Source of the DNA: Somniosus microcephalus
Lineage: Eukaryota
Assembly (NCBI GenBank): GCA_052327205.1
Contig: CM126220.1
Span: 27,900,001 to 27,964,000 of the forward strand
Direction: 5' to 3'
Length of the DNA: 64,000 nt
Shown: positions 12,113 through 23,162 of the stretch, in pieces
Layout of the letters: every line of letters begins with the position of its first letter
Position numbering within the stretch: position 1 is the stretch's first letter
The notes under the pieces: model-generated
Seen by the model: the letters and a program-made list of their open reading frames with translations, nothing else
Told to the model about the DNA's origin: nothing
Databases searched by the model: none
Made by a program: the position numbers and the translations under genes

Positions 12113-12198
12113 TTACATAGATTTACGTAGAATTTACAGCACAGAAACAGGCCATTCAGCCCCACTGGTCTGTGCCGGTGTTTATGCTCCACACGAGC
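12113..12198 (-). mobile_element. Very short antisense CR1-type 3' tail just downstream of the crybb2 motif-1 exon donor
   Basis: tagaatttacagcacagaaacaggccattcagccc is the reverse complement of the CR1 3' stem-loop/tail found in the other copies. Confidence 0.65.
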
Positions 12199-12689
12199 AA
12201 TTGGGGGGATTGCAGGAGAGCCTGGAGAGCTTGAGGTCAAATGAACAAATACACTAGAGAAATATTAATCAGACTAAGGGTAACCAAGGGCAAATGTGGG
12301 CATTGTTAGGCTACACGGACACATATCTGTAACTGTGCACATATGGTTAATGGGAAAACATTGGATAAAAATGAAATGTGGTGAATAAAAGCATAGAAAT
12401 TACGACAATATTAGTAACCAGCACTTAACATGCTCATACGACATTGTTCTTTCCATTATTTTCATGAAGGTGTCAACCCATTTAAACACCTCAAATGTGT
12501 TTGTAGTAGGAAACTGAAATGTGAAGGTCATCACTTTGAGAGATACCTAAATTGAATTAAAATGTCTGGACTCTGCAGTTGGTAGTAACAGCACTAGACC
12601 ACCTGTCACCGAATAAATACACTCTGTTGTTACAAGGTGGATAACATTCATTGATGTCTGACACCAAATCTGCTTTGTTTTATTTTCAG

Positions 12690-12822
12690 ATGGGTTGGCT
12701 ATGAGCAGCCAGGCTGCAAGGGTGAACAGTTTGTATTTGAGAAAGGAGAATATCCCCGCTGGGATACCTGGACAAACAGCCGCAGGAGCGATAGTATCGG
12801 CTCCTTCAAACCCATAAAACTG
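12690..12822 (+). CDS. crybb2: Beta-B2 crystallin exon, Greek key motif 2
   Basis: ttttcag|A...CTG|gtatgt; 133 nt; [44 protein letters not shown]. Confidence 0.96.
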
Positions 12823-12899
12823 GTATGTTGGTATTGATCGCACAGCTAAAACAGAAGGAAACCCCAACCAAACAGAATCAGACCAGCAGAAATGTGGAA

Positions 12900-13318
12900 C
12901 CCCTGGTGTGGTACTTAGCCTCATAGATAAGTAAGGTAGCGAGTTCAACTTCAGTCTATGCTGAGTTAGCGGACCTCAACCAAGGCAGCAGGTGAGACAA
13001 TATAATTGTCCTTGGCACCTCTGGGCGCACCTCTGGGCTAGGGAGGGGAGAAATCAGATGGCGAGGGGCGTGGGTTTGATTCTATTCATTATTCAATGAT
13101 GCCAGATGGAAGATGCACATGTGTGCAGATTGGGTGTGGAAAGTATCAGGCTGACACTTGAAGCTCCTCGTGGTTGACCAGCCTGTCAACATGCAGCATC
13201 AAAGCTCATGAAAGAAGAATGGTGGCTGGAATGAAACGCCAAAGGTCTGCTGTCACTTTTGGAACTGCACCCCAGGATGAATCAACACTTGCAGGAGAGG
13301 AAGGAAAGGAAAAAAAAT
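12900..13318 (+). mobile_element. Old tRNA-headed SINE (family not recognised, here called SINE-X)
   Basis: Shares tgctgagttagctgatctcag...ctgggctagggagggg...gaagaatggccacttg...caggagagg with at least 12 other loci in the window. Confidence 0.65.
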
Positions 13319-14296
13319 GAAACTGTAGGAAACCTGGAGGGTGCATCCCCTCATAGGCACCTGTAATGAGTTTGACATGAGCACAGTTGGAGGGAAAATG
13401 TTGGTCGTCCCTTACACAGTGCAGGTGTTAAGGCACCTCACACTTTAAACATGTTTCCACTTGGTCAGATTCCAAAATGGCCAATATTTTCAATGTTGTC
13501 CCACAGTTTGGAGATTCTGTTCACTATATAGCTAGCTGGGTAATAGTTAATATGCCTATCCTGCTGTTGTTCTTCTAATTCTGTGGCGATTGCATTTATT
13601 GGCTACTGTAACACTGCAGGTTCTGTTCAGGAGTTCTTCAGTGGAAGCACCATATCTTCACTCCGAGGTTTCAGCTTCAAGCCTCCCAACTACTCTCCTT
13701 GGTACTCTGCTGATCTCTGCACCATTCAAGTTGAAAACACTTATTAAAGCTTTATATAATCGGGAATAGAGAGCAGGCACATTAGTCACATGCTAAAACA
13801 GATGAGTTATGATGCTAAGTATTAAAGTTAGAAAGTCCTTATTGTCTCACAATCGCAGTCAAGAAGCTCGCAATCATTTACCTGGACTATTGGAACTCAA
13901 TTCTATAATTAACTAGAACATTATATAACTAAAGGAAATAACTATAAATTTTTTAATGAGAACAGTTATTATTTCTCCAAAATATAAACACCTCCATTTG
14001 TTACTGTACAAGATGGGCTAAGAATCAGTCACACCATGCATTACATAACTATAGGAAGTTCCTTTTTATTAAGGAGGCAAAGGGTTAAAGTGCTGCTCAC
14101 TGTTTGCATACTGGAATTTCTGGCTTATTGGTAAATAATTCTTTGTGGCATTTTATCTGCCAATGTCAATTAAATGATCAGAAAAAGCTAACCAAATGTA
14201 GCAGAAATAGTGATCTGACTTTATATTCAGTTTAATGGCTAGTAGAGTGGACTAGTAGTTACTACAAATGTTGCCACTCTAGTTAATAGTTAGAAT

Positions 14297-14700
14297 GGCC
14301 TGATGGCCTAGTTAGTAAATGCACCGCCTCATGTCGCCCTGAACCATACAGATCAGGAAGGTTCCAACTTCCAGCTCTAGTCTGTGATCTTATCCAGGCA
14401 GCAGTCAGATTCTACAATTTGCTTCATTATCCCCAGTCAAGAGAAGGGAGAAACTAGGATTCTCGCTCCTTGATCTCAATGACTCTTGCTGAAAAGTGTG
14501 CATGTGGACACTGGATGAGGATGGAGTTGAACTTGACTATGATCCCTCAAAGTCAAATACCCTACAGTTGTTTACTGTCAAGGCTCATGAGGAGTGGTCA
14601 CTTAGGTGAGGTATTGGAGGGCTGCTGGCAACTGTGAACCCACACTCCACTATGAGGCAGTACCTTCAGGTAGGAGGGGAGAAAAAGAGGGAGGAAATTG
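14297..14700 (+). mobile_element. SINE-X copy
   Basis: Same conserved blocks; near full length. Confidence 0.65.
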
Positions 14701-14804
14701 AAAATAAAAATCAAAGGGTGGCCACTAAATGATTCATAGACATTGTGACTGACTGAACTCCTATTCTGAAAAGGACTTACACTTTTGTATCATTGCATCT
14801 ACAG

Positions 14805-14947
14805 GATGGGAATGAACACAAGATCATACTTTATGAAAACCCTAACTTTACTGGAAAGAAAATTGAAATCATAGATGACGATGTACCAAGTTTCCACGCT
14901 CACGGATACCAGGAGAAAGTGTCATCCATCCGTGTTCTGAATGGAAC
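14805..14947 (+). CDS. crybb2: Beta-B2 crystallin exon, Greek key motif 3
   Basis: ctacag|GAT...GGAAC|gtgagt; 143 nt; [48 protein letters not shown], nearly identical to mammalian beta-B2. Confidence 0.97.
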
Positions 14948-15324
14948 GTGAGTACTGGGAGAGGACTTCTAGAAAAGCTATTGTTTTAACATATTTTGAC
15001 TCCACTTGATATCGGACATATTTGGGAGTAATTTTCCAATGATGCACTGGGTCGGGCCATCAGAGCATTGGGAAATTAGCCCCTTTGAGTGATCTCACCA
15101 GACAAGTGAATATTTTCTAAATGCAGGGTATAGTGTTGCTCGGTGCCCCAGCTGCTTTTAGCATGTCTTCCACCAAGAGAACACATACGTTGGTAAAATA
15201 CCAATGTGAATAGGGTTGCCAGCCTTTCCCAGTTGCAAACCCAGATGGGCAGAGGGCAGGGAACAACATCATGGCTCTGGTTCCAACCTGTGCTTTGCTG
15301 CTGATGAAAGTTCTCTGAAAGCCT

Positions 15325-15630
15325 TAATCCGCTGATTGGGGACATAGCCGAAGAATTAGAGCCAGGCTTTTCAGGAGTGAAGTTAGGAAACACTTCTACA
15401 CGCAAAGGTTGGTAAAAGTTTGGAACTCTCTTCTGCAAATGACAGTTGACGCTCGGTCAATTTTTAATTTTTAATCTGAGATTGAGAGATTTTTGTTAAC
15501 CAAATGTATTAAGGAAAATAGGGCAAATATGGCGGGTAAATGGATTAGGTCATAGATCAGCCATGATCTCATTGAAGGGCGGAACAGGCTTGAGGGGGTA
15601 AATGGCCTCCTCCTGTTCCTATGCTCCTAT
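15325..15630 (+). mobile_element. CR1 LINE 3' end
   Basis: aggaaacacttctacacgcaaagg...gatcagccatgatctcattgaa...(ttcctatg)n tail. Confidence 0.85.
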
Positions 15631-16061
15631 AACCTTAATACCTCCATATCATGAAACACAGAAGTAGAGAAAAAGTACTTTGGATTTGGTTTGCATTTAA
15701 AATTTTTCAGACCTCCCACTTGAAACCCAAACTATCCAGTTCAAAACTGGACAGGTGGCAGCCCTAAAGATGAAAGAAAAGAATGAAAGACAGATTGTGC
15801 GAGGCCTTTGTCATGTTCAGGAATTACGTTGATGTCAAGAATGCAAAGCACTACTTCCACAGTTCTGACCAAATTGTTAGAAATGCTAGAGAGAGACAAG
15901 CTTGGCACTGTTGTCTCTGTGCCAGAAATGAGAGTTCTAAACATAGTCTTTCGCTTACAGATTTATAGATGAAATGATACTCACAGACAACACACGGCAA
16001 TGATACAAAGGCTGTGGGAAACCATACATTACAGTTGCTGAGCTCAGTAGCAGGGCGGCCA

Positions 16062-16560
16062 ACCCTCATCTTCCGATTAGGCACTTTACAGCCTTCCGGA
16101 CTCATTATCAAGTTCAACAATTTCAGATCATAACCTTGGCCCCTATCATATTTTTATATATTTTTTATCCACACCTTTGGTTTGTGCCTTTTTTTTTCCC
16201 TCTCCCACACGGCAGCTGTCTCTCACTCTGCCAGCGCATTTCACACTACATCTAGAGCCATCCTTTGTCTCTTTACCTGTCCTATTACCATCTTGTCTCG
16301 CCTTGAATATCTCTTAATGTCTCTTCACCTCTCCCAGACCTTCCCTTTTGTTCTTTCATCCCCTCCCCCATTTCCCAGCCCCCCAAACTTGGTTTTTAAT
16401 GTGTTTCATTTCCTGCTTTTTTCTCAGTTCTGACGAAGGGTCTTCGACCTGAAATGTTAACTCTGTTTCTCTCTCCACGGATGTTGCCTGGCCTGCTGAG
16501 TTTTTCCAGCTTTTTCTGTTGTTATTTTGGATTTCCAGCGTCCGCAGTATTTTGCTATCG
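16062..16560 (+). mobile_element. Penelope-like element 3' fragment with terminal repeat
   Basis: Starts with the end of the ORF (LIFRLGTLQPSGLIIKFNNFRS*, a typical Penelope C-terminus), then a pyrimidine-rich UTR and the hammerhead-bearing terminus. Confidence 0.8.
16426..16462 (+). ncRNA. Minimal type I hammerhead ribozyme motif (Penelope-associated)
   Basis: AGTT-CTGACGA-A-GGGTC-TTC-GACCT-GAAA-TGTT-AACT: helix I AGTT/AACT, core CUGANGA, helix II 5 bp, GAAA, and a loop-less helix III. Confidence 0.72.
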
Positions 16561-17259
16561 TCTCAATGTTCCATAGCTTTGCGTTAAAATAATCTGGTTA
16601 TTATACCCTCAGCTCCAGCCCATTACATTATTAACCTCCCATGATTTTTACCCTTAGTTTACATCAGCTTCCATTGGCTCAGCAATCCAGAGACTTGCTG
16701 TCTCTCTGGTAGAGATACACAAACTTCACTCATAAGCTGCCTGTCTAATTACATTTAGGTAAAAGGGTAAAAGCTATTCCTTATCTACCAGAAGGTGAGA
16801 ACTACACAAAGAACAAACAACTATCTTTATGACCTTGAAGGTCTGGGCTGATTGGACATGTTCCTGATACTGCCTGTTTCAGCAGTATTCTGCAGACTGT
16901 CTTTTAATCATAAAATGCAGTCCTCAGCATAAGATGGAACCTAAACGCAATCTTCATTGAGCATAGCCTCTCAAACACAAAGCTCTGATAACACATGCAC
17001 TAACAACATTAGTCCAAGTACCACTATTTTCATTGATACAACCGCCTGGAATTTCCATGTGGGGTTCTCTGATGGGAGATAAGCAGAACCCCTGGAGAAA
17101 CAGCGTAAATGACCATTTATGCCATTTCTCCAGGGTTTTCACTTAAGAGATTGGGAGAATCCCATGGAAATTTTCCCCCATTCCTTTTTTTATGTTGGGA
17201 GGTTTTTTTTTGTTCCCTCCTCGTGTTTTTGATTTTTCTTTTCCTCCCCAAACTCATTA

Positions 17260-17646
17260 AAAGAAAGAACTTGCATTTATAGCGTACCTTTCACAACATC
17301 CCAAAGCGCTTTAAAGTAACAAAATAATCTTTCAAGTGTAGTCACTGTTGCAACGTAGAGAAATGCATCAGACGATGTGTGCACAGCAGGATCCCACAAA
17401 CAGCAATGAGATAAATGACCAGATAATCTGTTTTAGTGATGGCTCAGGGATCCTCCACCCAAGAGGGCGGACAAGGCCTCGATTTAACATTTCATCCAAA
17501 AGACGGCACCCGCGACAGTGCAGCACTCCCTCAGTACTGCACTAAAGTGTCAGTCTAGATTGTGCGCTCAAGGCACTGAGTGGGACTTGAACCCACGATC
17601 CTCTGAATCAGAGGTAAGAGTGCTACCACTGAGCCATGGCTGACAC
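17260..17646 (-). mobile_element. DeuSINE (SacSINE1-like), internally deleted
   Basis: Reverse complement of the tRNA-like head (gtgtcagcc.tggctcagtggtagc...ggttcaagtccca) plus Deu-domain pieces and an L2-like tail. Confidence 0.85.
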
Positions 17647-17794
17647 CTCAATAGCCCCTCACAGCCATCAGTGAAATCAATTATCCAGTCTACAGATATC
17701 TTCTGAAATGCCAAAAAAACTGTTCTATGGTTGACCTGCACAGTGGTGTATTTCTTGGACTGGATTTCTTCTTCTTTCGAAAGATTAAATCCTT

Positions 17795-18243
17795 GTGTCA
17801 GCCGTGGCTCCCTCGCCTCTGAGTCAGAAGGTCGTGGGTTCAAGTCCCACTCCAGAGATTTGAGCACAAAAATCTAGGCTGACACTCCAGTGCAGTGCTG
17901 AGGGAGTGCTGCACTGTCGGAGGTGCTGTCTTTCGGATGAGATTTTAAACGTCTGCTCTCTGCTCTCACAAGTGGACGTAAAAGATCCCACGGCACTATT
18001 TAAAAGAGCAGGGGAGTTATCCTCGGTCTCCTGGCCAATATTTATCCCTCAATCAACATCACTAAAACAGATTATCTGGTCATTATCACATTGCTGAGAG
18101 CTTGCTGTGCGCAAATTGGCTGCCGAGTTTCCTACATGACAACAGTGAATACATTTCAAAAACTACTTCATTGGCTGTAAAGTGCTTTGGGACGTCCAGT
18201 GGTCATGAAAGGCACTATATAAATGCACGTCTTTCTTTCTTCT
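17795..18243 (+). mobile_element. DeuSINE (SacSINE1-like), near full length
   Basis: B-box GGTTCAAGTCC; Deu core gtggacgtaaaagatccc..ggcactatt...ggccaatatttatccctcaa...gctgtgcgcaaattggctgcc; tail ggcactatataaatgca. Confidence 0.88.
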
Positions 18244-18282
18244 ATGAAGCACCTTGACCTGGGAGGAGAGAGTGATTCAATA

Positions 18283-18582
18283 TTGCCAATTTCTCCCTCC
18301 TTTCTGGACAGTGTTGACTCTTGCTGGGGTACATTTCCACCTAAGTGACCATTTTTCATGTGTAACTGAAAGAGTCAACATCAACTGGGTATTCAACCAT
18401 TCAACCCATTCTTGTCCTCACCTGATGTCCACACATACACGCACGTTCCAGCAGGAGTCACTGACTAGTGATCAAGAAGGTAACGCCTTGCTGATTTTCC
18501 GTCCCTCGCCAATGGTTGTGAGGCCAACTATAACAGCTCAACTACTGCCGCAGCTGAGATCAGTTAGCTCAGCACTGACCTT
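18283..18582 (-). mobile_element. SINE-X copy, antisense, about 100 bp before the last crybb2 exon
   Basis: Reverse complement of the SINE-X blocks (gctgagatcagttagctcagcac). Confidence 0.65.
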
Positions 18583-18683
18583 GGGGGTGCAGGGACGAGG
18601 GGTTGAAAGTCTTTCCTTTGCCCGAGAGGATGAGATTTGTGGTATTCCTCTTTCAGTAACTCCTGTTTACGTATTTCTTCCAG

Positions 18684-18852
18684 ATGGGTCGGCTACCAGT
18701 ACCCAGGCTACAGAGGCTACCAGTACCTGCTTGAGAAGAAAGAGTACAAGGACAATAACGAATTTGGAGCCCAGCAGGCTCAGATCCAGTCGGTCAGACG
18801 TATTAGGGATATGCAGTGGCACCAGAGGGGAATCTTTCATCCCACTAATTGA
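18684..18852 (+). CDS. crybb2: Beta-B2 crystallin last exon, Greek key motif 4 and C-terminal arm
   Basis: cttccag|A; [55 protein letters not shown]. Spliced CDS is 60+119+133+143+169 = 624 nt (207 aa), frame-consistent. Confidence 0.97.
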
Positions 18853-18978
18853 AAGGCACCTCTGCTCCCAAGCTTCTTGCCAACAGTTTCTCTCTGATTT
18901 GCTGCTAAATTCCTAACTACAAGTTAAATGAACGCTTCCCCACAATATTCTGTATGAATACAACAGCTGAGCCAATTC

Positions 18979-18984
18979 AATAAA
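18979..18984 (+). terminator. crybb2 polyadenylation signal
   Basis: AATAAA about 130 nt after the stop codon, with a T-rich element at about 19010-19035. Confidence 0.7.
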
Positions 18985-21515
18985 ATCCCGCACTTCAAAC
19001 TCACCTTCTCTATTATGCGTCTTTTTTTTTATCTGTTAACTGACTCAACAACAGAAGAAGGCTGGAGGGAAGGATGCAAAGATTGGATTGCCCACAAAAT
19101 TGATCCTGTTGGATGCTGACAACAGCGAAGTTCTGTAGGAAAAATTCTCTCAAAGAAGAATGCCTCCCAATCTGTACTGAATAAACTATTCTCAGCTGGG
19201 GAGAGGGAGACAGTCAGGGGCTACAATTTACCTCAACATCCCTGGGCTATGAAATAAAAATCAGCTTGGGTGTTTACTCTTGATCACCGTCCAATGGTCT
19301 GTGCTGGAAAATGTGCATCTGGTGTGGGTCAGCTGTGATGCTCCCTACAATGGAATGCATTTTGCAGGATGCCAGACAGTGATCAGCACCCAGTGAACCA
19401 AAGCTCAGCATAAGTCACTGCCTCTGTTGGGGAGAGGGGAAATTACGGCTATCTACCAATTTAAATCCATGTGTATACCTTGCAAGAGGTTCGTTTAACC
19501 GGTAGGCCATAACTCACTAGCAAACCCTAACAAGACCAGAGGGTCCCAATGTATTCTGCATATACCATATAACACTATATAGCTAGCAATGTAGAAATAT
19601 CTTTTTCAATATAAAATTTGACTATTTGATCATTTATGCAAAGCTGAGCCATTCAATTAAATGAGTAGGTTTTCGCACTGTTCATTCCAGGTGACGTTGG
19701 TCCTTGAACAGGATTCTAACACTGTGCTAAATTGTTCTTAAAGGGGCTGGCCATTTACTTAACAATTATGTGTAAAGATCCAAGGCTGAGAAAAGGTGGA
19801 ATCTGTAGCTGCATACCTTGCTAATCTTTATCTCTTGTCATATACCAGTGTGGCCACTGTGTGTCACTGCAGGGCTGTGGTGAAGAACAACCTGGGCTGG
19901 ACATTTGTACCAGACCAGAGGACAGACTGAATAGTTTCAGTTCGGCTGTACTGAGTAAGAATGGTTTGTTGAGACCACGTACAAAATGTATCCCATCATG
20001 GGCTGCGTACAACCTCCGGAAGAATATTTCTGCAAATGTCTTCTTGCTCCCCACAAGGGCAAATCAATCAAAGCTCCTGAATATCAAGCCATCCCTGTAC
20101 TCCACAAAATTCATCCTTGCCCAGGTTCCCTCCTTAGGCAGGCAGTTCTATGGTTCCAGCAGCTGAGGAACACTGAATGTTCTTATCTCTTACTACATCC
20201 CAAATAATCCTCGATCCTACCCCTGGCCAGATATTCATTCAGCTGTTTCTAAAAGGTACAAATGAACACAACATTAACTGCTTCCGCTGGTAGTCGATTC
20301 CACATAACCACGGCTCTGTGCAAAAGTGAAACTTCCTTTTAATGAAAAGAAAGCTTCCAGTCTCAGCAGCAATTATGGCAGTCCAAACCATACAGCACAC
20401 AATTGTCATAATACGCAATATTATTACTATTTGTGATTTTAGATATTAACTATACAGAACATTAAATACAAGCCGATAATCCAATATTTAATTTGTCATT
20501 CAATTCAATGTAAAACCACAGCTTTAGCATTTATCCTTGTTACTGTAAATTTCAGTGGATACTTACTTTGCATCAGTATTTACAGTAGAGGAAGAGGATA
20601 GCATGCCAGAAATCCCAAGGAAACTAATATTGAATCGGGGACAGGGACTCAATAAAATTAACGTAAGTAAAATAACAGTAATGAGGAAAATAATGGCACT
20701 AAAGAGTGACAAATCCCCAAGCTTCCATCCTAGGGTTTTAAAGGAAGTAGGTGAGCACATTGCAGATGCCCTAACTATAATCTTTCAAAGTTCTCTCGAC
20801 TCAGGAACTGTTCCTTTAGATTGGAAAACTGCACATGTCACTACGATATTTAAGAATAGCGAGAGAGGGAAACCAGGGAATAATAGACCAATTAGCCTAA
20901 CATCTGTTGTCGGGAAATTGCTAGAGTCTATAATTAAAGATAGGGTGACTGAACACCTCACAAATTTTCAGTTGATTAGAGAGAGCCAGCATGGATTTGT
21001 GAAAGGTAGGTCATGTCTGACAAACCGGATTGAATTTTTTGAGGAAGTGACTAAAGTAGTGGACAGGGGAATGTCTATGGATGTTATTTATATGAACTTC
21101 CAGAAGGCATTTGATAAATTCCCACATAAGAGACTGTTAACTAAGGTAGAAGCACACGGAATTGAGGGCAAATTATTGAACTGGTTAGGAGATTGGCTGC
21201 GCGGCAGGAGACAGGCAGTAGGGATAATGGGTAGGTACTCAAATTGGCAGAATATGATTAGTGGTGTCCCACAGGGATCTGTGTTGGGCCCTCAAATATT
21301 GTAAATACAGTATTTATTAAAGAATTAGATGATGGCATAGAAAGCCATATATCCAAATTTGCTGATGACACAAAGATTTTAAGCAGTGTAGATGAAAGCA
21401 TAAAATTACAAAGGGATATCAACAGATTAAGTGAATGGGCAAAACTGCAGCAAATAGATTTCAATGTAGGCAAATGTGAGATCATCCACTTTGGACCTAA
21501 AAAGGATAAAACAGG

Positions 21516-22773
21516 ATAGAATCATAGAATGGTTACAGCACAGAAGGAGGCCATTTGGCCCATCAAGCCTGTGCCGGCTCTCTGCAAGAGCACTTCAGCT
21601 AGTCTTACTCCCCCGCCCTTTCCCTGTATCCCTGCAGATTGTTTTCCTTCAGGTACTTATCCAATTCCCTTTTGAAAGTCACGATTGAATCTGCCTCCAC
21701 CACCCATTCAGGCAGTGTATTCCAGATCCTAACCACTCGCTGAGTTTAAAATGTTTTTCCTCATGTCGCCTTTAGTTCTTCTGCCAATCACCTTAAATCT
21801 GTGTTTTCTGGTTCTTGACCTTTCCGCCAATGGGAACAGTTTCTCTCTATCTACTCTGTCTAGATCCCTCATGATTTTGAACACCTCTATCAAATCTCTT
21901 CTCAACCTTCTCTGCTCCAAGGAGAACAACCCCAGCTTTTCCAGTCTGTCCATGTAACTGAAGTCCCTCATCCCTGGAATCATTCTTGTAAATCTTTTCT
22001 GCACCCTCTCTAAGGCCTTCACGTCCTTCCTAAAGTGCGGTGCCCAGAATTAGACACAATACTCCAGTTGAGGTCGAACCAGTGTTTTATAAAGGTTCAT
22101 CATAACTTACTTGCTTTTGTACACTATGCCTCTATTTATGAAGCCCAGGATCCCGTATGGTTTTTTAACCGCTTTCTCAATCTGCTCCGCCACCTTCAAT
22201 GACTTGTGCACATGTACCCCTAGGTCTCTCTGTTTATGCACCACCTTTAGGATTGTACCCTTTAGTTTACATTGCCTCTCTTTGTTCTGCCTACCAAAAT
22301 GTATCATTTTGCACTTTTCTGCATTAAATTTCATCTGCCACATGTCCGCTCATTTCACCAGCCTGTCTATGTCCTCTTGAAGTCGATCACTATCCTCCTC
22401 ACTGTTCACTATACTTCCAAGTTTTGTGTCATCTGCAAATTTTGAAATTGTGCCCTGTACACCCAAGTCTAAGTCATTAATATATATCAAGAAAAGCAGT
22501 GGTCCTAGTACCGACCCCTGGGGAACACCACTGTGTACCTTCCTCCAGTCCGAAAAACAACCGTTCACCACTACTCTCTGTTTCCTGTCACTTAGCCAAT
22601 TTCGTATCCATGCTGCCACTGTCCCTTTTATTCCATGGGCTTCAACTTTGCTGGCAAGCCTATTATGTGGCACTTTATCAAACGCCTTTTGGAAGTCTAT
22701 GTACAACACATCAACCACATTGCCCTCATCAACCCTCTCTGTTACCTCATCAAAAAAACTCAATCAAGTTAGT
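21516..22773 (-). mobile_element. CR1 LINE inserted antisense into the host CR1
   Basis: Minus ORFs with [21 protein letters not shown] and SKFADDTKL; (ttctatga)n tail at 21516. Confidence 0.92.
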
Positions 22774-23162
22774 GATTGTACTTTATAAATGGCGAAAGGC
22801 TAAAAACAGTGGAGGTCCAAAGAGACTTAGGGGTCCAGGTACATAGATCATTAAAGTGTCATGAACAGGTACAGAAAATAATCAAAAGACCAATGGAATG
22901 CTGGCCTTTATATCTAGAGGATACAAGAGGGTAGAAGTTATGCTGCAGCTGTACAAAACCCTGGTTAGACCACACCTGGCATACTGGGAGCAGTTCTGGG
23001 CACCTCACATTTGGAAGAATAAATTGGCCTTGGAGGGAGTGTAACATAGATTTACCAGAATGATACCCGGACATTAAGGGTTAAGTTATGAGGAGAGATT
23101 ACACAAATTAGGGTTGTATTCCCTGGAATTTAGAAGGTTAAGGGGTGATCTGATCAAAGTTT

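Noticed and set aside
17795-17870. tRNA gene
   Set aside because: It is the tRNA-derived head of a DeuSINE, runs straight into the SINE body and has a damaged A box.
18254-18916. 220-aa ORF overlapping the last crybb2 exon
   Set aside because: Non-ATG start; it runs through an antisense SINE and an alternative frame of the real exon, with no recognisable protein.
19861-20207. Overlapping ORFs downstream of crybb2
   Set aside because: No recognisable motif, convincing splice structure or codon signal.
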